A stretch of DNA of 63,794 bases, counting the filler, from an uncultured Gemmatimonadota bacterium (GTDB lineage Bacteria; GCA-2686955): NCBI GenBank assembly GCA_964490075.1. It is 8 parts of 8 records of this genome, joined end to end, with 100 filler letters (N's around TTAATTAATTAA, not from the genome) between each part and the next. Parts side by side here need not be neighbours in the genome. Positions count along the whole stretch, not along the records: positions 19,777 to 29,318 come from CAZBBK010000107.1; positions 29,419 to 37,822 come from CAZBBK010000108.1; 6 more parts are not named here. One strand, given 5' to 3'. Made by a program: the position numbers and the translations under genes. Position 1 is the stretch's first letter, and each line of letters starts with the position of its first letter. The notes under the pieces were generated by a model, which saw only the letters and a program-made list of their open reading frames with translations, ran no database searches and was not told where the DNA came from. Of the stretch, positions 21,393 to 30,362 are shown one piece after another.

Positions 21393-24300
21393 CTAGCGCG
21401 GCGTATACGAGTTCTCCGCATCGGGCGACGCACCATCCAGTGTCACCAGCGACTCGAGACCGTCGGGGTAGCGACCCATCGATAGGTCGGCGCTCTGCGG
21501 TCCGAACACGATCCAGTCGACGACCACGGGCTCGTCCTGGGGTCCTTGCGTCACCACCGCCACCTCTTCTCCGCCGGCGCTCAGTTTGAAAGCGGCGTGC
21601 AGGGCGCCCTGCCCCGGATCGTTGTCGCACCAGATCAAGAGATGGTCGCGCGGCGCGACGGCGACCGCGGGCAGCGCCCACTTGAAGGGTTCGTCCTCGA
21701 GATCGTCGCTGAGGTAGAGACCGGCGAGCGAGTAGGGGGCGTCGGTGTCGTTGTAGAGCTCGACCCAGTCGTCGTACTCGCCCCACTCGTCGGCGATGGT
21801 GGTGTCGTTCGACGCCATCAGCTCGTTCACGACCAGCGTTCCGGGACCGTCGCCCCGGACGAAGAGCTCGAGCGCGTCGGCGGCGAGCACGTCGTCGCCA
21901 TCGATCGCCAGGCGCACCTCGGCGCGGTAGCCTCCCGGTTCGAAGCTGTGTGGGATGGTGAGCGTGCCCTCGCGCACCACCTGTGCGCCGGGGCGAATGA
22001 TGAGCGGAATCTGGTAGACCGGTCCTCCGAAGAGGCCGATTCCCTCCAGGGTGGAAACCACCAGCTGCAGCTCTCCATTGTAGCTACGTCCACCGCCGGC
22101 GTGCGCGACTTCGACCCGCAGCAACGCCGCGTCGCCGGGCACGAAGTGTCGCGGACTCATCTCGAGCTCGAGCGAGAGCGGATTGGTCCAGGCGTTGGCG
22201 GCGCCCATGGAGCGGGCGTCGAGCAGTCGCCAGCGACCGCCGGTATCGGGGTAGCGGCCGAAGCCGCGCGCCGGGTGCAACGCCGCCGGCAGAGGGAGCG
22301 AATCGACCAGCGCCGCGCCGCCCAGGTCGCGCGACAGTCCCAGCCAGCCGCCGGTCGCGACCGGCGCCGCCAGCACGACAGTGGTGCGTCCGGCGGCGGC
22401 GATGGTGGTGGAGTCGATTTCCCACTTCAGGGGCAGCCCACGCTGGTCCGAGAGGTAGAAATCGGTCAGCTCGAAGGGGCGCGTGGCGAGGTTGAGGATC
22501 TCCACGGCGACCACGCTCCGGCCGTCACCGGCCGGCTCGAGCTCCGACATCTGCACCAGCACGTGCTCGGGCGGCTCCAGCTCGTCGAGCTGGGCCAAGA
22601 CCTCGATCTCGCGCTCGACGAAGAAATGGTGGATCTCATCGATCGCGTCCTGATATTGCGTCGCCAGCTCGCGCGGCTTCTTCCAGACATCGCGATCGAG
22701 GTCGTCGGTCATCTGCGCGGCGCGGGCATCGAAAGTCACTCCCAGTGACGCGGCCGAGAGGCTCCCCTCGGTCAGCTCGCGCAGCCGCTCGAAGTAGCGC
22801 CGGCGCAGCGAGGGCGGGCGCAGGACTGCGTCGACCAGGTGGTTGTAGCGGCCGCCCGGGTTCGGATGCTCGGCCGTGGCGTGGAGCAGATCGAGCTCCA
22901 GGTCGGGCGTCTCGAAGGTCTCGTGAAGATCCCAGGGGATCATTCGCCACAGCGAATCGCCGGAGTCGTGGTGCAGGAAGAAATCGTCGCCGAGCCAATC
23001 CTCGCTGCCTCCCCAGATGTAGTGAGAGTAGAGCTCGATCACGCCGTCGATGTCGATGTTCTCCTCGAGCCAGGGTCGCAGGTCGGCGTCGGGCAGCCCG
23101 TCGAGCTGCTCCGAGAGATCGATCAGCTCGCGACGGTCCCAGTGGTCGGGCCCGTTGGCGACCTCGTAGGACCAGACGTAGGATTGGATGTCGTCGAGCG
23201 CCGCGAGAGTATTGAAGGAACGATAGAAGCTCCCCTCGGAGCGCCCGATCCGCGCCAGGAAATTCTCGTCTAGGCGCTCGATGTCGAGGTGAACGCCGGC
23301 GTAGTCGCCGTTGACGTAGAGCCGGAAGGGAAATGTGGTCGAGTGGGAGATACCGGCCAGGGCCAGCAGGTCGGCCATCAAGAGCTCACGCTGCACCGTG
23401 GGGTCGGGAAAGGTGGCCTTGAGCACCAGGCGATCGGCGCCGTGAACCGGCGGGGCGTCGCCGAGATCGATGTTCCAGGACTTCTTCGGAGCGTCGCGCG
23501 AGCTCTTGCCGCGGTAGGAGAGGCCGACGTTGGTACGCGCGATTCCGTCCACGACCAGGGTCCCGAGCACCTCGACGTCGGCGAAGACGTCCTCGTCGAG
23601 CAGCCGCAGGTTCGCCGGGTCCACCAAGATCTGGTAGTCGGGCAAGGGCGAGAGCGCCGGTGAGCGCGGGCCGACGAGCTCCGAGACGGTGGTGTCGGAA
23701 CTCGCTCCGTAGAGATCGAAGGCGACCACGCCGTAGCGGGTCGTGGTGTCGGTGGCGACCACCGCCATCGGAATCAGCCGCCTCGCCGCCTCGACCCAGC
23801 CCCCCTCGGTGAGCTGTAGAACTGTGTAGCCGGCGAGGTCGGGCGCGAGGTTGCGCTGCCAGCGCAGTAGGACGCCGCCGTAGGTGTCGAGCGCCTCGAG
23901 AGCGGCCGGCGCGGCCGGCGGACCCGGAGCGCTGTTGGTCTGTAGCGCCAGCGCGGAGATGTCGTGGTCGCCCCGCGAGTCGTGGACGTCGACCTCCAGG
24001 AGACCGTCGGCGACCTCGACCAGGGCCCGCAGCTCGCAAGCGCGCGCTTTGCCGGCCTCGGCGGCGATGGTCAGCACCCCGGTACCGGGGCCGTCGCGCC
24101 GAAACCCGGCCAGGTGGATCGACAGCTCGTAGCTGCCGTCGGCGACCTCGAAGAGGTAGGAGTCGGGACCGACTCGCTGCTGTGCGTAGATGTAGAGATC
24201 GGTAGTATCACGATCGACCAGCGTGTACTCGATCTGCTCGGAAAGCGGCTCGTGCGCCACCCCGCCCACGGCACCGAAGCCGTTCTGGCCGTTGTAGAGC

Positions 24301-24446
24301 TGGTCGGCCAGGAAGACGATCCCTTCGGAGGGCAGATCGACTGGCGACCCGCAGCTCACGGCGTGGATCACATCGGCCGCGACACGCCCGGCGCCCGCCG
24401 CCAGCAGCGCCGCGGCGATCAACAGTTCCTTGTGGGTGATGCTCAT
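21393..24446 (-). CDS. Secreted CotH-kinase-family protein (malectin-like, FN3, CotH, LTD-like, Ig-like, lamin-tail domain)
   Basis: Signal peptide; FLADQLY..FG malectin-like start; RGKSSRDAPKKSWNIDL, LYVNGDYAGV, WRMIPWDL; LVVNELMASN..DEWGEYDDWVELYN. ATG 24446 overlaps the upstream stop (ATGA). Confidence 0.85.
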   Translation of the reverse strand: MSITHKELLIAAALLAAGAGRVAADVIHAVSCGSPVDLPSEGIVFLADQLYNGQNGFGAVGGVAHEPLSEQIEYTLVDRDTTDLYIYAQQRVGPDSYLFEVADGSYELSIHLAGFRRDGPGTGVLTIAAEAGKARACELRALVEVADGLLEVDVHDSRGDHDISALALQTNSAPGPPAAPAALEALDTYGGVLLRWQRNLAPDLAGYTVLQLTEGGWVEAARRLIPMAVVATDTTTRYGVVAFDLYGASSDTTVSELVGPRSPALSPLPDYQILVDPANLRLLDEDVFADVEVLGTLVVDGIARTNVGLSYRGKSSRDAPKKSWNIDLGDAPPVHGADRLVLKATFPDPTVQRELLMADLLALAGISHSTTFPFRLYVNGDYAGVHLDIERLDENFLARIGRSEGSFYRSFNTLAALDDIQSYVWSYEVANGPDHWDRRELIDLSEQLDGLPDADLRPWLEENIDIDGVIELYSHYIWGGSEDWLGDDFFLHHDSGDSLWRMIPWDLHETFETPDLELDLLHATAEHPNPGGRYNHLVDAVLRPPSLRRRYFERLRELTEGSLSAASLGVTFDARAAQMTDDLDRDVWKKPRELATQYQDAIDEIHHFFVEREIEVLAQLDELEPPEHVLVQMSELEPAGDGRSVVAVEILNLATRPFELTDFYLSDQRGLPLKWEIDSTTIAAAGRTTVVLAAPVATGGWLGLSRDLGGAALVDSLPLPAALHPARGFGRYPDTGGRWRLLDARSMGAANAWTNPLSLELEMSPRHFVPGDAALLRVEVAHAGGGRSYNGELQLVVSTLEGIGLFGGPVYQIPLIIRPGAQVVREGTLTIPHSFEPGGYRAEVRLAIDGDDVLAADALELFVRGDGPGTLVVNELMASNDTTIADEWGEYDDWVELYNDTDAPYSLAGLYLSDDLEDEPFKWALPAVAVAPRDHLLIWCDNDPGQGALHAAFKLSAGGEEVAVVTQGPQDEPVVVDWIVFGPQSADLSMGRYPDGLESLVTLDGASPDAENSYTPR

Positions 24447-27409
24447 GGGATCATTCCGAACCAGTCCGCTCCGCCCGGTCCGCCGTAGGCGCCCAGGTCG
24501 GAGATCGGATCGTTCTTGTACCAGAAGGGCCAGGTGGCCGAGTCGAAGATCTCGGGATCGCCGGTGTCGATGCAGGTGGAGGCCGGATCGAGGGCGTAGG
24601 GACGCCCCATCAGGGTGATCAGCAAGGGATCGATGTCGCGGTTGCCGACGCCCGGCCAGCCCCCCGCCACGTCGCTGTAGCGCACGTCGCTCGCCGTGCC
24701 GTCGATCTCGTCGGGAGAGTCGCCCCAGAGGATCGAGTTGTGCACCCGTGGATCGGCCGTGCCGCGCGCCGCGATCGCCCCGCCCGCCGTTGCCGTATTG
24801 CCGACCACGGTACAGTTGCGGATCTCCAGCGCCGCGTCGTCGACGTGCACCGCGCCGCCCGCGCTGTTGGCGTCGATCAGACAGCCGAGCAGCGCCGAAG
24901 CTCCGCCGCCCTCGAGCGCCAGCGCTCCGCCCTCGGCGCCGGCCGCGTTGGTGCCGATGCGGGTCGCCACGATTTCGAGCGAGGCGCCCTGGCCGGCGAT
25001 CGCCGCCCCTCGTGCCGCCCCGTTGGCCGTCAAAGTGCAGCGCTCGATGCGCGGCGCTCCGCCGGCGGCGTAGATCCCGCCGCCTGAGCCGGTCGCGCCG
25101 TTGCCCGTGATGACGCAGCGCGCCAGGGTCGGCGAGGCGCCGCTGCAAAGCACTCCCGCCCCCATCGCCGCGGCGCCGCCGCGGATCGTCAGACCCTCCA
25201 CATGCGTCATGCGCGTCTCCGCGCTGACGAAGCGCAGCACCGATCCTGCTCCGCCGCCGTCGATCACTGTCTCGGCAACCGTCGCCGAGTCTTCCGGGGC
25301 CTGCCCGCGCAGCGTGATCGCCTTGCCGCCGAAGTCGAGACCCGATTCGCTGTAGCTGCCCGGCGCCACCACCACCACGTCGCCCGTCTGCGCGACGGCC
25401 AGCGCGGCGCCGATGCTGGGCTGATCGGCCGGCACCCGGATCGGCCGGGCGATGGTCATGCGCGCCACGGCGGCGCAGAGCAGCGTGCCGTCCAGCTCGG
25501 CCGAGAGGGTCAACGTGTAGGAGCCGAGTGGAGCGTTTTGCGGGATCGCCAGGGCGAAGGGAGCGCCGAGCTCGGCGCCGCCGGAGAGCACCTGGTCGGA
25601 GCCGCTGAACAGAACCCGCTGCACCGTGACCGGGCCGGTGCCCTCGAGGACGACCCGGTCGAACGCGAGCGCGTCCTGGCAACGATTGGCCAGCCGGGTG
25701 CCGAAGGCCAGAGTGTCGCCGCCGAGCACGGTCGCCGGCACCTGGTCCAGGTAAGCGTCGAGGGCGCAGTCGAGACGCACCCCCGGCCCTCCATGTGCAC
25801 CCTGATCGGCGCGCGCGGAACCGAGTCCGGCGGCGCGGTCCCGAACCGTGTCGTCATGAGAGGGGTCGCCGGCGTCGATCGAGGGCGAGTCGGCGACGCC
25901 GCCGCAGGCGATCACCTCGAGCCGGTAGTCGCCGCCCGCGGGATCGCGGAAGAGCGGATCGAGATCGATGTTGCCCCTTCCCGGCCACCCCCCCTCGACG
26001 TTGCAGTAGTCGAGGGCCGGCGCCCCGAGCTCGACATTCACCTGCTCGGGCTGATTGCCCCATACGACGGTGGAGCGCAGCTCCTGGGGCTCGCGGCGCC
26101 AGCGCGAGACCAGCTCGGCCCCGCCGCCGGAGCTCGACGCACTGTTGTCGGCGATGGTGCAGTTGAGGGCGTCGATGCGCGCGTCGTCGGCGTGCAGCCC
26201 GCCGCCGAGGGCCGCGCTGTTGCCGGTGATCAGGAGATTGTCGGCGGCGACGATCGCGCCGTTGCGAGCGGCCAGGCCGCCGCCCGATCCGCCCGCGTGG
26301 TTGCCTTCGATCACGCAGCGCCGCAGCATCACGCTGGAGCGATGAGCGAAGAGACCGCCGCCGTGCAGGTTGGAAACGCTGTTGCCGGTGATCGTGCAGC
26401 GGTCGAAGGTCGGGGCGGAGTGCTGGATGCAGGCCGCGCCGCCGCCGTAGTCGGCCGCCTGGTTGCCGCTGATGGTGCAGCCGCTCACCAGCGGCGCGCC
26501 GTCGATGCAGTAGAGGCCGCCGCCTCCGGTGTCGCTGCCCTGTCCGGTGACGATGTTGTCGGTGATGCTGCAGTCGACGATCCAGGGGGCGGCGTCCATC
26601 TTGCACTTGATGCCGCCGCCCGATTCCAGCGCCTCGTTGCCGGAGATGGTGCAGCCACGGATGGTGGGATTCGATTCCTCTTTGCAGTAGAGGCCCGCGC
26701 CGGAGTCGTAGGCCCGGTTGCCCGCGATCAGGCAGCTCTCGATCAAGGGCGCGGCGCCCTGACGACAGTAGATGCCGCAGCCCGAGTCGACACAAATGTT
26801 GTCGCTGACGTTGCAGGCGCTGATGGTGGGCGACGAGGCGGTGCAGAAGATGCCGCCGGCGTCGCCGGTCGACTGGTTGGAGTCGATGACGCAGTCGTGA
26901 ATCGTCGGCGCGGCGCCGCCGGTGCAGTAGAGCCCGGCTCCGCGGCCGTGCTCGCGCCCCCCCTCGGCCGAGTTGCCGCGCACGATGCAGCGCTCGAGCC
27001 GGGCGCTGGTCGCCTCGCAGTAGACCCCGCCGCCGGCCCTGCCGGTGGCGGGCAGCTCCCATTCGGTACCGATGCCGCCGCGCAGCAGAAGCCCGCGCAA
27101 CGCACTCGTAGCATCCTCTCCGCTGGAGATCGTGACCACGCTGCCGGCTTCCCCCGACGCGTCCACGACTGTCGCTGCCACGACCGCCCAGTCGTCGGGA
27201 TCGGTTCCGGTCACCACGATTCCCTTGCCCAGCAGGTCGATCTTCTCCTCATAGGTGCCGGGCGCCACGCGAACCGTGTCGCCGGCCGCCGCCGCCACGA
27301 TCGCCTCCTGGATCGACGCGTGCTCCGCCGGCACGTCGATGGTGCGAGCGCCGGCCAGCGCACAGCTTAGAAGCAAGCAGAGCGCGGCGCTGCGCGAGAT
27401 ATTGCTCAT
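24443..27409 (-). CDS. Secreted right-handed parallel beta-helix repeat protein (two PbH modules separated by an Ig-like domain)
   Basis: Signal peptide; twice VP...SI..A......GD.V.VAPG.Y.E; many GGG.YC...SP.I..C.I..N repeats; GNIDLDPLF and GAYGGPG ends. ATGA overlaps on both sides. Confidence 0.88.
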   Translation of the reverse strand: MSNISRSAALCLLLSCALAGARTIDVPAEHASIQEAIVAAAAGDTVRVAPGTYEEKIDLLGKGIVVTGTDPDDWAVVAATVVDASGEAGSVVTISSGEDATSALRGLLLRGGIGTEWELPATGRAGGGVYCEATSARLERCIVRGNSAEGGREHGRGAGLYCTGGAAPTIHDCVIDSNQSTGDAGGIFCTASSPTISACNVSDNICVDSGCGIYCRQGAAPLIESCLIAGNRAYDSGAGLYCKEESNPTIRGCTISGNEALESGGGIKCKMDAAPWIVDCSITDNIVTGQGSDTGGGGLYCIDGAPLVSGCTISGNQAADYGGGAACIQHSAPTFDRCTITGNSVSNLHGGGLFAHRSSVMLRRCVIEGNHAGGSGGGLAARNGAIVAADNLLITGNSAALGGGLHADDARIDALNCTIADNSASSSGGGAELVSRWRREPQELRSTVVWGNQPEQVNVELGAPALDYCNVEGGWPGRGNIDLDPLFRDPAGGDYRLEVIACGGVADSPSIDAGDPSHDDTVRDRAAGLGSARADQGAHGGPGVRLDCALDAYLDQVPATVLGGDTLAFGTRLANRCQDALAFDRVVLEGTGPVTVQRVLFSGSDQVLSGGAELGAPFALAIPQNAPLGSYTLTLSAELDGTLLCAAVARMTIARPIRVPADQPSIGAALAVAQTGDVVVVAPGSYSESGLDFGGKAITLRGQAPEDSATVAETVIDGGGAGSVLRFVSAETRMTHVEGLTIRGGAAAMGAGVLCSGASPTLARCVITGNGATGSGGGIYAAGGAPRIERCTLTANGAARGAAIAGQGASLEIVATRIGTNAAGAEGGALALEGGGASALLGCLIDANSAGGAVHVDDAALEIRNCTVVGNTATAGGAIAARGTADPRVHNSILWGDSPDEIDGTASDVRYSDVAGGWPGVGNRDIDPLLITLMGRPYALDPASTCIDTGDPEIFDSATWPFWYKNDPISDLGAYGGPGGADWFGMIP

Positions 27410-29318
27410 GGCTCCAGCACCGGGTCGGAGTTGGACGCCTCGGGGGTCGGCACGTCGAACGACTCCAGCGAAGTACGGCCGTCGGGGTAGCGGCCGAAGC
27501 TCCAGTCCTCCTCCTGGTAGCCGAACACGAGGTGGTCGAGGATCGCGGTCGAGTCGCCCCAGGCGCGCACGATCGCCAGCTCCTCGCCGTTGCGGTCGAG
27601 CTTGAGGTCGGCGTGAAAGGGTCCTTGTGCGAGATCGCCGTCGAGCCAGACGATGCGATGCTCGCCCGGTTCCAGGCTGGCGCCCGCGGGGAAGGCCCAT
27701 TTCTTCGGGTCGCGCTCGGGATCGTCGCTGAGGTAGTGGCCGGCGAGCACGATCACCGTGTCGGATGCGTTGTGGATCTCGGCCCAGTCATCGAACTCGC
27801 CGGCCTCGTCGGCCAGCAGCGTCTCGTTGTCGGCGCAGAGCTCGTTGATCGAGAGCGGCAGGTAGATGCCGTCGTCGACGAAGATCGCGGCGCGTGCCTC
27901 GCCGATCCGCCGGCCGTCGGCGGAATCGACGATCGCGAAGACGAGGTCGTTGCGCCCGCGGTCGATCATCCACGGAATCCGCAGGCGGAGCCGCCCCTGC
28001 CAGGTCTCCGAGGCCGCCAGCGGCGGCAGCGGTTCGTAGAGCACCGGATCGGGGGCGAACCAGACTCCGCCCTCGCCGAGCACCGAGAGCTGGATCTCGG
28101 CCTGGAGCTCGGAGCGCCACTCCGAGGTCAGAGAGAGGTCGGCGAGGATGAGCTCGGTCGGTTGCGGCAGATCGTTGTTGAGCTGCACGGCCACGCTCAC
28201 CTCGTCTTGCCAGGCGTTCGGCGCGCTCGGGGTCGCGGCGGGCAGCAGCCGCCGGCGCCCGTGGCCGTCGGGGATCCGCCCTAGCGCCGGCTCGATCACA
28301 CCGGCGGGGATGGTCAGCAAGTCGACGATCACCGCTCCGCTCTCGCCGGGTGCGGTGAGGGCGACCCAGGTCGGGCCGTGGAGGGGCCGCTGGACCGGCA
28401 GGGTGAGAAAGGCGCCCGGGGCGAGCGGCCGCGACGGCAGCCGCCACTTGTCGAGGCGGCCAGGGTCGTTGCTCGCCATCAGCTGGCCGGTGTTCTGGGG
28501 CAGGCGCCCACGATAGTGCAACTCTATGCGCAGCACCTCGCTGGTATCGGCGGGGAGAATCACCTCGTTGATGGCCAGGTCGACCCACCACGGAGGAAGC
28601 AACTCCGCGATCGATTCCCGGAGCACCGTCTCGCGTTGGGCCAGGATGGCGCGCACCGCCGCCACGTCGTCGCCGTAAGCCTCTGAGTCCTCACGCTGGC
28701 GTTTCTCCGCGTCGATGATTGCGTCCCCCAGGACCTCGGCATGGATGTGGTCGAAGAGCGTAACGGCGCTGTCGGCCGCCAGCGGGCCGTCCAGGCGGGC
28801 GCTCAGCCTCTCGAGGTACTGGCGCAGCAAGGGTGGGCTGGCCAGCGCCCGGTCGATCAGCAGGTGGTAGTTGCCGTACTCGTTGGGAGCGAGCGATGTG
28901 CCGTAGTTGGCCGGTGCCTCGCGAAGCGGAAGAGCAGGTCGGCGTCCCAGGCCAGGATGCGCCACTTGCCGCCGAGCCGGTCGCGCGTCATCAGGAAGTT
29001 CTGGGTGCAGAAGTCGACGTTGACGATGTAGACCTGGGCCGCGTACCAGTCGAGCACCTGCTCGACTTCGAAGTTGGTCCGGAACCAAGTCTCGAAGTCG
29101 GCGTCGGGAACCTGGTCGAGCTCTTGCACCAGGCCGATGATGTCGCGCCGCAGCCAGTCGTCCTCGTTGGTGTTCTCGAAATCCCGGAGGTAGCTCTCGA
29201 TGGCCTCGCGCGGGCGCAACCCCTCGTTGACCTTGTAGGAGCGGCCGGTCGGATCGAGGCCGATCCGTTCCAGGTAGTCCTCGTCGGGCTCTTCGATGGT
29301 GGTGAAGACGCCGGCGTA
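27406..29318 (-). CDS. Second CotH-kinase + lamin-tail-domain protein (5' partial; frameshift near 28925)
   Basis: YAGVFTTIEEPDEDYL...NVDFCTQNFLM...WRILAWDAD in one frame, continuing NYHLLIDRAL...INELCADN..DEAGEFDDWAEIHN in another; collinear with 21393-24446. Confidence 0.8.
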
Positions 29319-29418
29319 NNNNNNNNNNNNNNNNNNNNNNNNNNNNNNNNNNNNNNNNNNNNTTAATTAATTAANNNNNNNNNNNNNNNNNNNNNNNNNN
29401 NNNNNNNNNNNNNNNNNN
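29319..29418. other. Artificial contig spacer
   Basis: N run + TTAATTAATTAA + N run. Confidence 0.99.
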
Positions 29419-29500
29419 CCGACGTCAGTCTACGACTCCCGCGCCGGCGCCGGAGCGGGAATCGGCTAGGCTAAGGGTTCCCACCCGTGAAAGAGGCCCC

Positions 29501-30283
29501 ATGCTGATCATCGAGCAGGACGGTCCGATCCGTCGCCTGACCCTGAACCGTCCCGAGGTGCGCAACGCCTTCAACGACGAGCTGATCGTGGCGCTGGCCG
29601 AGGCCTTCGACGAGGCCGGCCGCGACCCCGAGACCCGCTTCATCGTGCTCGCCGGCTCCGGCAAGCTCTTCTGCGCCGGGGCCGACCTGAACTGGATGAT
29701 GAAGGCCGCGGGCTACGGCGACGAGGAGAACCGCCGCGACGCCCTGCGCATGTCGCAGCTGTTCCGCGGCATGACCGAATGCCCGAAGCCGATCGTCGCC
29801 CGGGTGCACGGCGCGGCCCTGGGGGGCGCCACCGGGCTGATCTCGGCCTGCGACATCGTGGTGGCGGAGGAGGGGACGGTGTTCGGCTTCAGCGAGGTCA
29901 AGCTCGGCATCCTGCCGGCGGTGATCAGTCCGCACGTGATCCGGCGCATCGGCGCGGTGCACGCCCGCCACTGGTTCATGACCGGCCAGCGTTTCGACGC
30001 CGCCGAGGCGCTGCACATCTCCCTGGTCGACCGGGTGGCTCCAAAGGGCCTGCTCGACGCCGAGATGGAGACCTTGATCGGCGAGCTGCTCAGCTCCGCG
30101 CCGCGCGCCATGAGCCAGGCCAAGGCGCTGGTCGATCTGGTGGCGACGGCGCCGGTTCACGACGTGGAGGACGAAGTGGTCGACTTGATCGCCCGGCTGC
30201 GCGCCGGCGACGAGGCGCGCGAGGGGATGAGCGCCTTCTTCGAGCGCCGCCGGCCGAGTTGGATGGGGGGCGCCGACCAGTAG
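29501..30283 (+). CDS. Enoyl-CoA hydratase/isomerase family (methylglutaconyl-CoA hydratase-like)
   Basis: LNRPEVRNAF, FCAGADLNWM, GAALGG, FSEVKLGILPAVISP and EGMSAFFERRRP. Confidence 0.9.
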   Translation: MLIIEQDGPIRRLTLNRPEVRNAFNDELIVALAEAFDEAGRDPETRFIVLAGSGKLFCAGADLNWMMKAAGYGDEENRRDALRMSQLFRGMTECPKPIVARVHGAALGGATGLISACDIVVAEEGTVFGFSEVKLGILPAVISPHVIRRIGAVHARHWFMTGQRFDAAEALHISLVDRVAPKGLLDAEMETLIGELLSSAPRAMSQAKALVDLVATAPVHDVEDEVVDLIARLRAGDEAREGMSAFFERRRPSWMGGADQ

Positions 30284-30362
30284 CTTTTCGGTACACTGGA
30301 GAGAGCCGCGGCTGCCCGCGAGCCGATCGATGGATGGGGACGACCAGCCTGGAGACCCCCCC

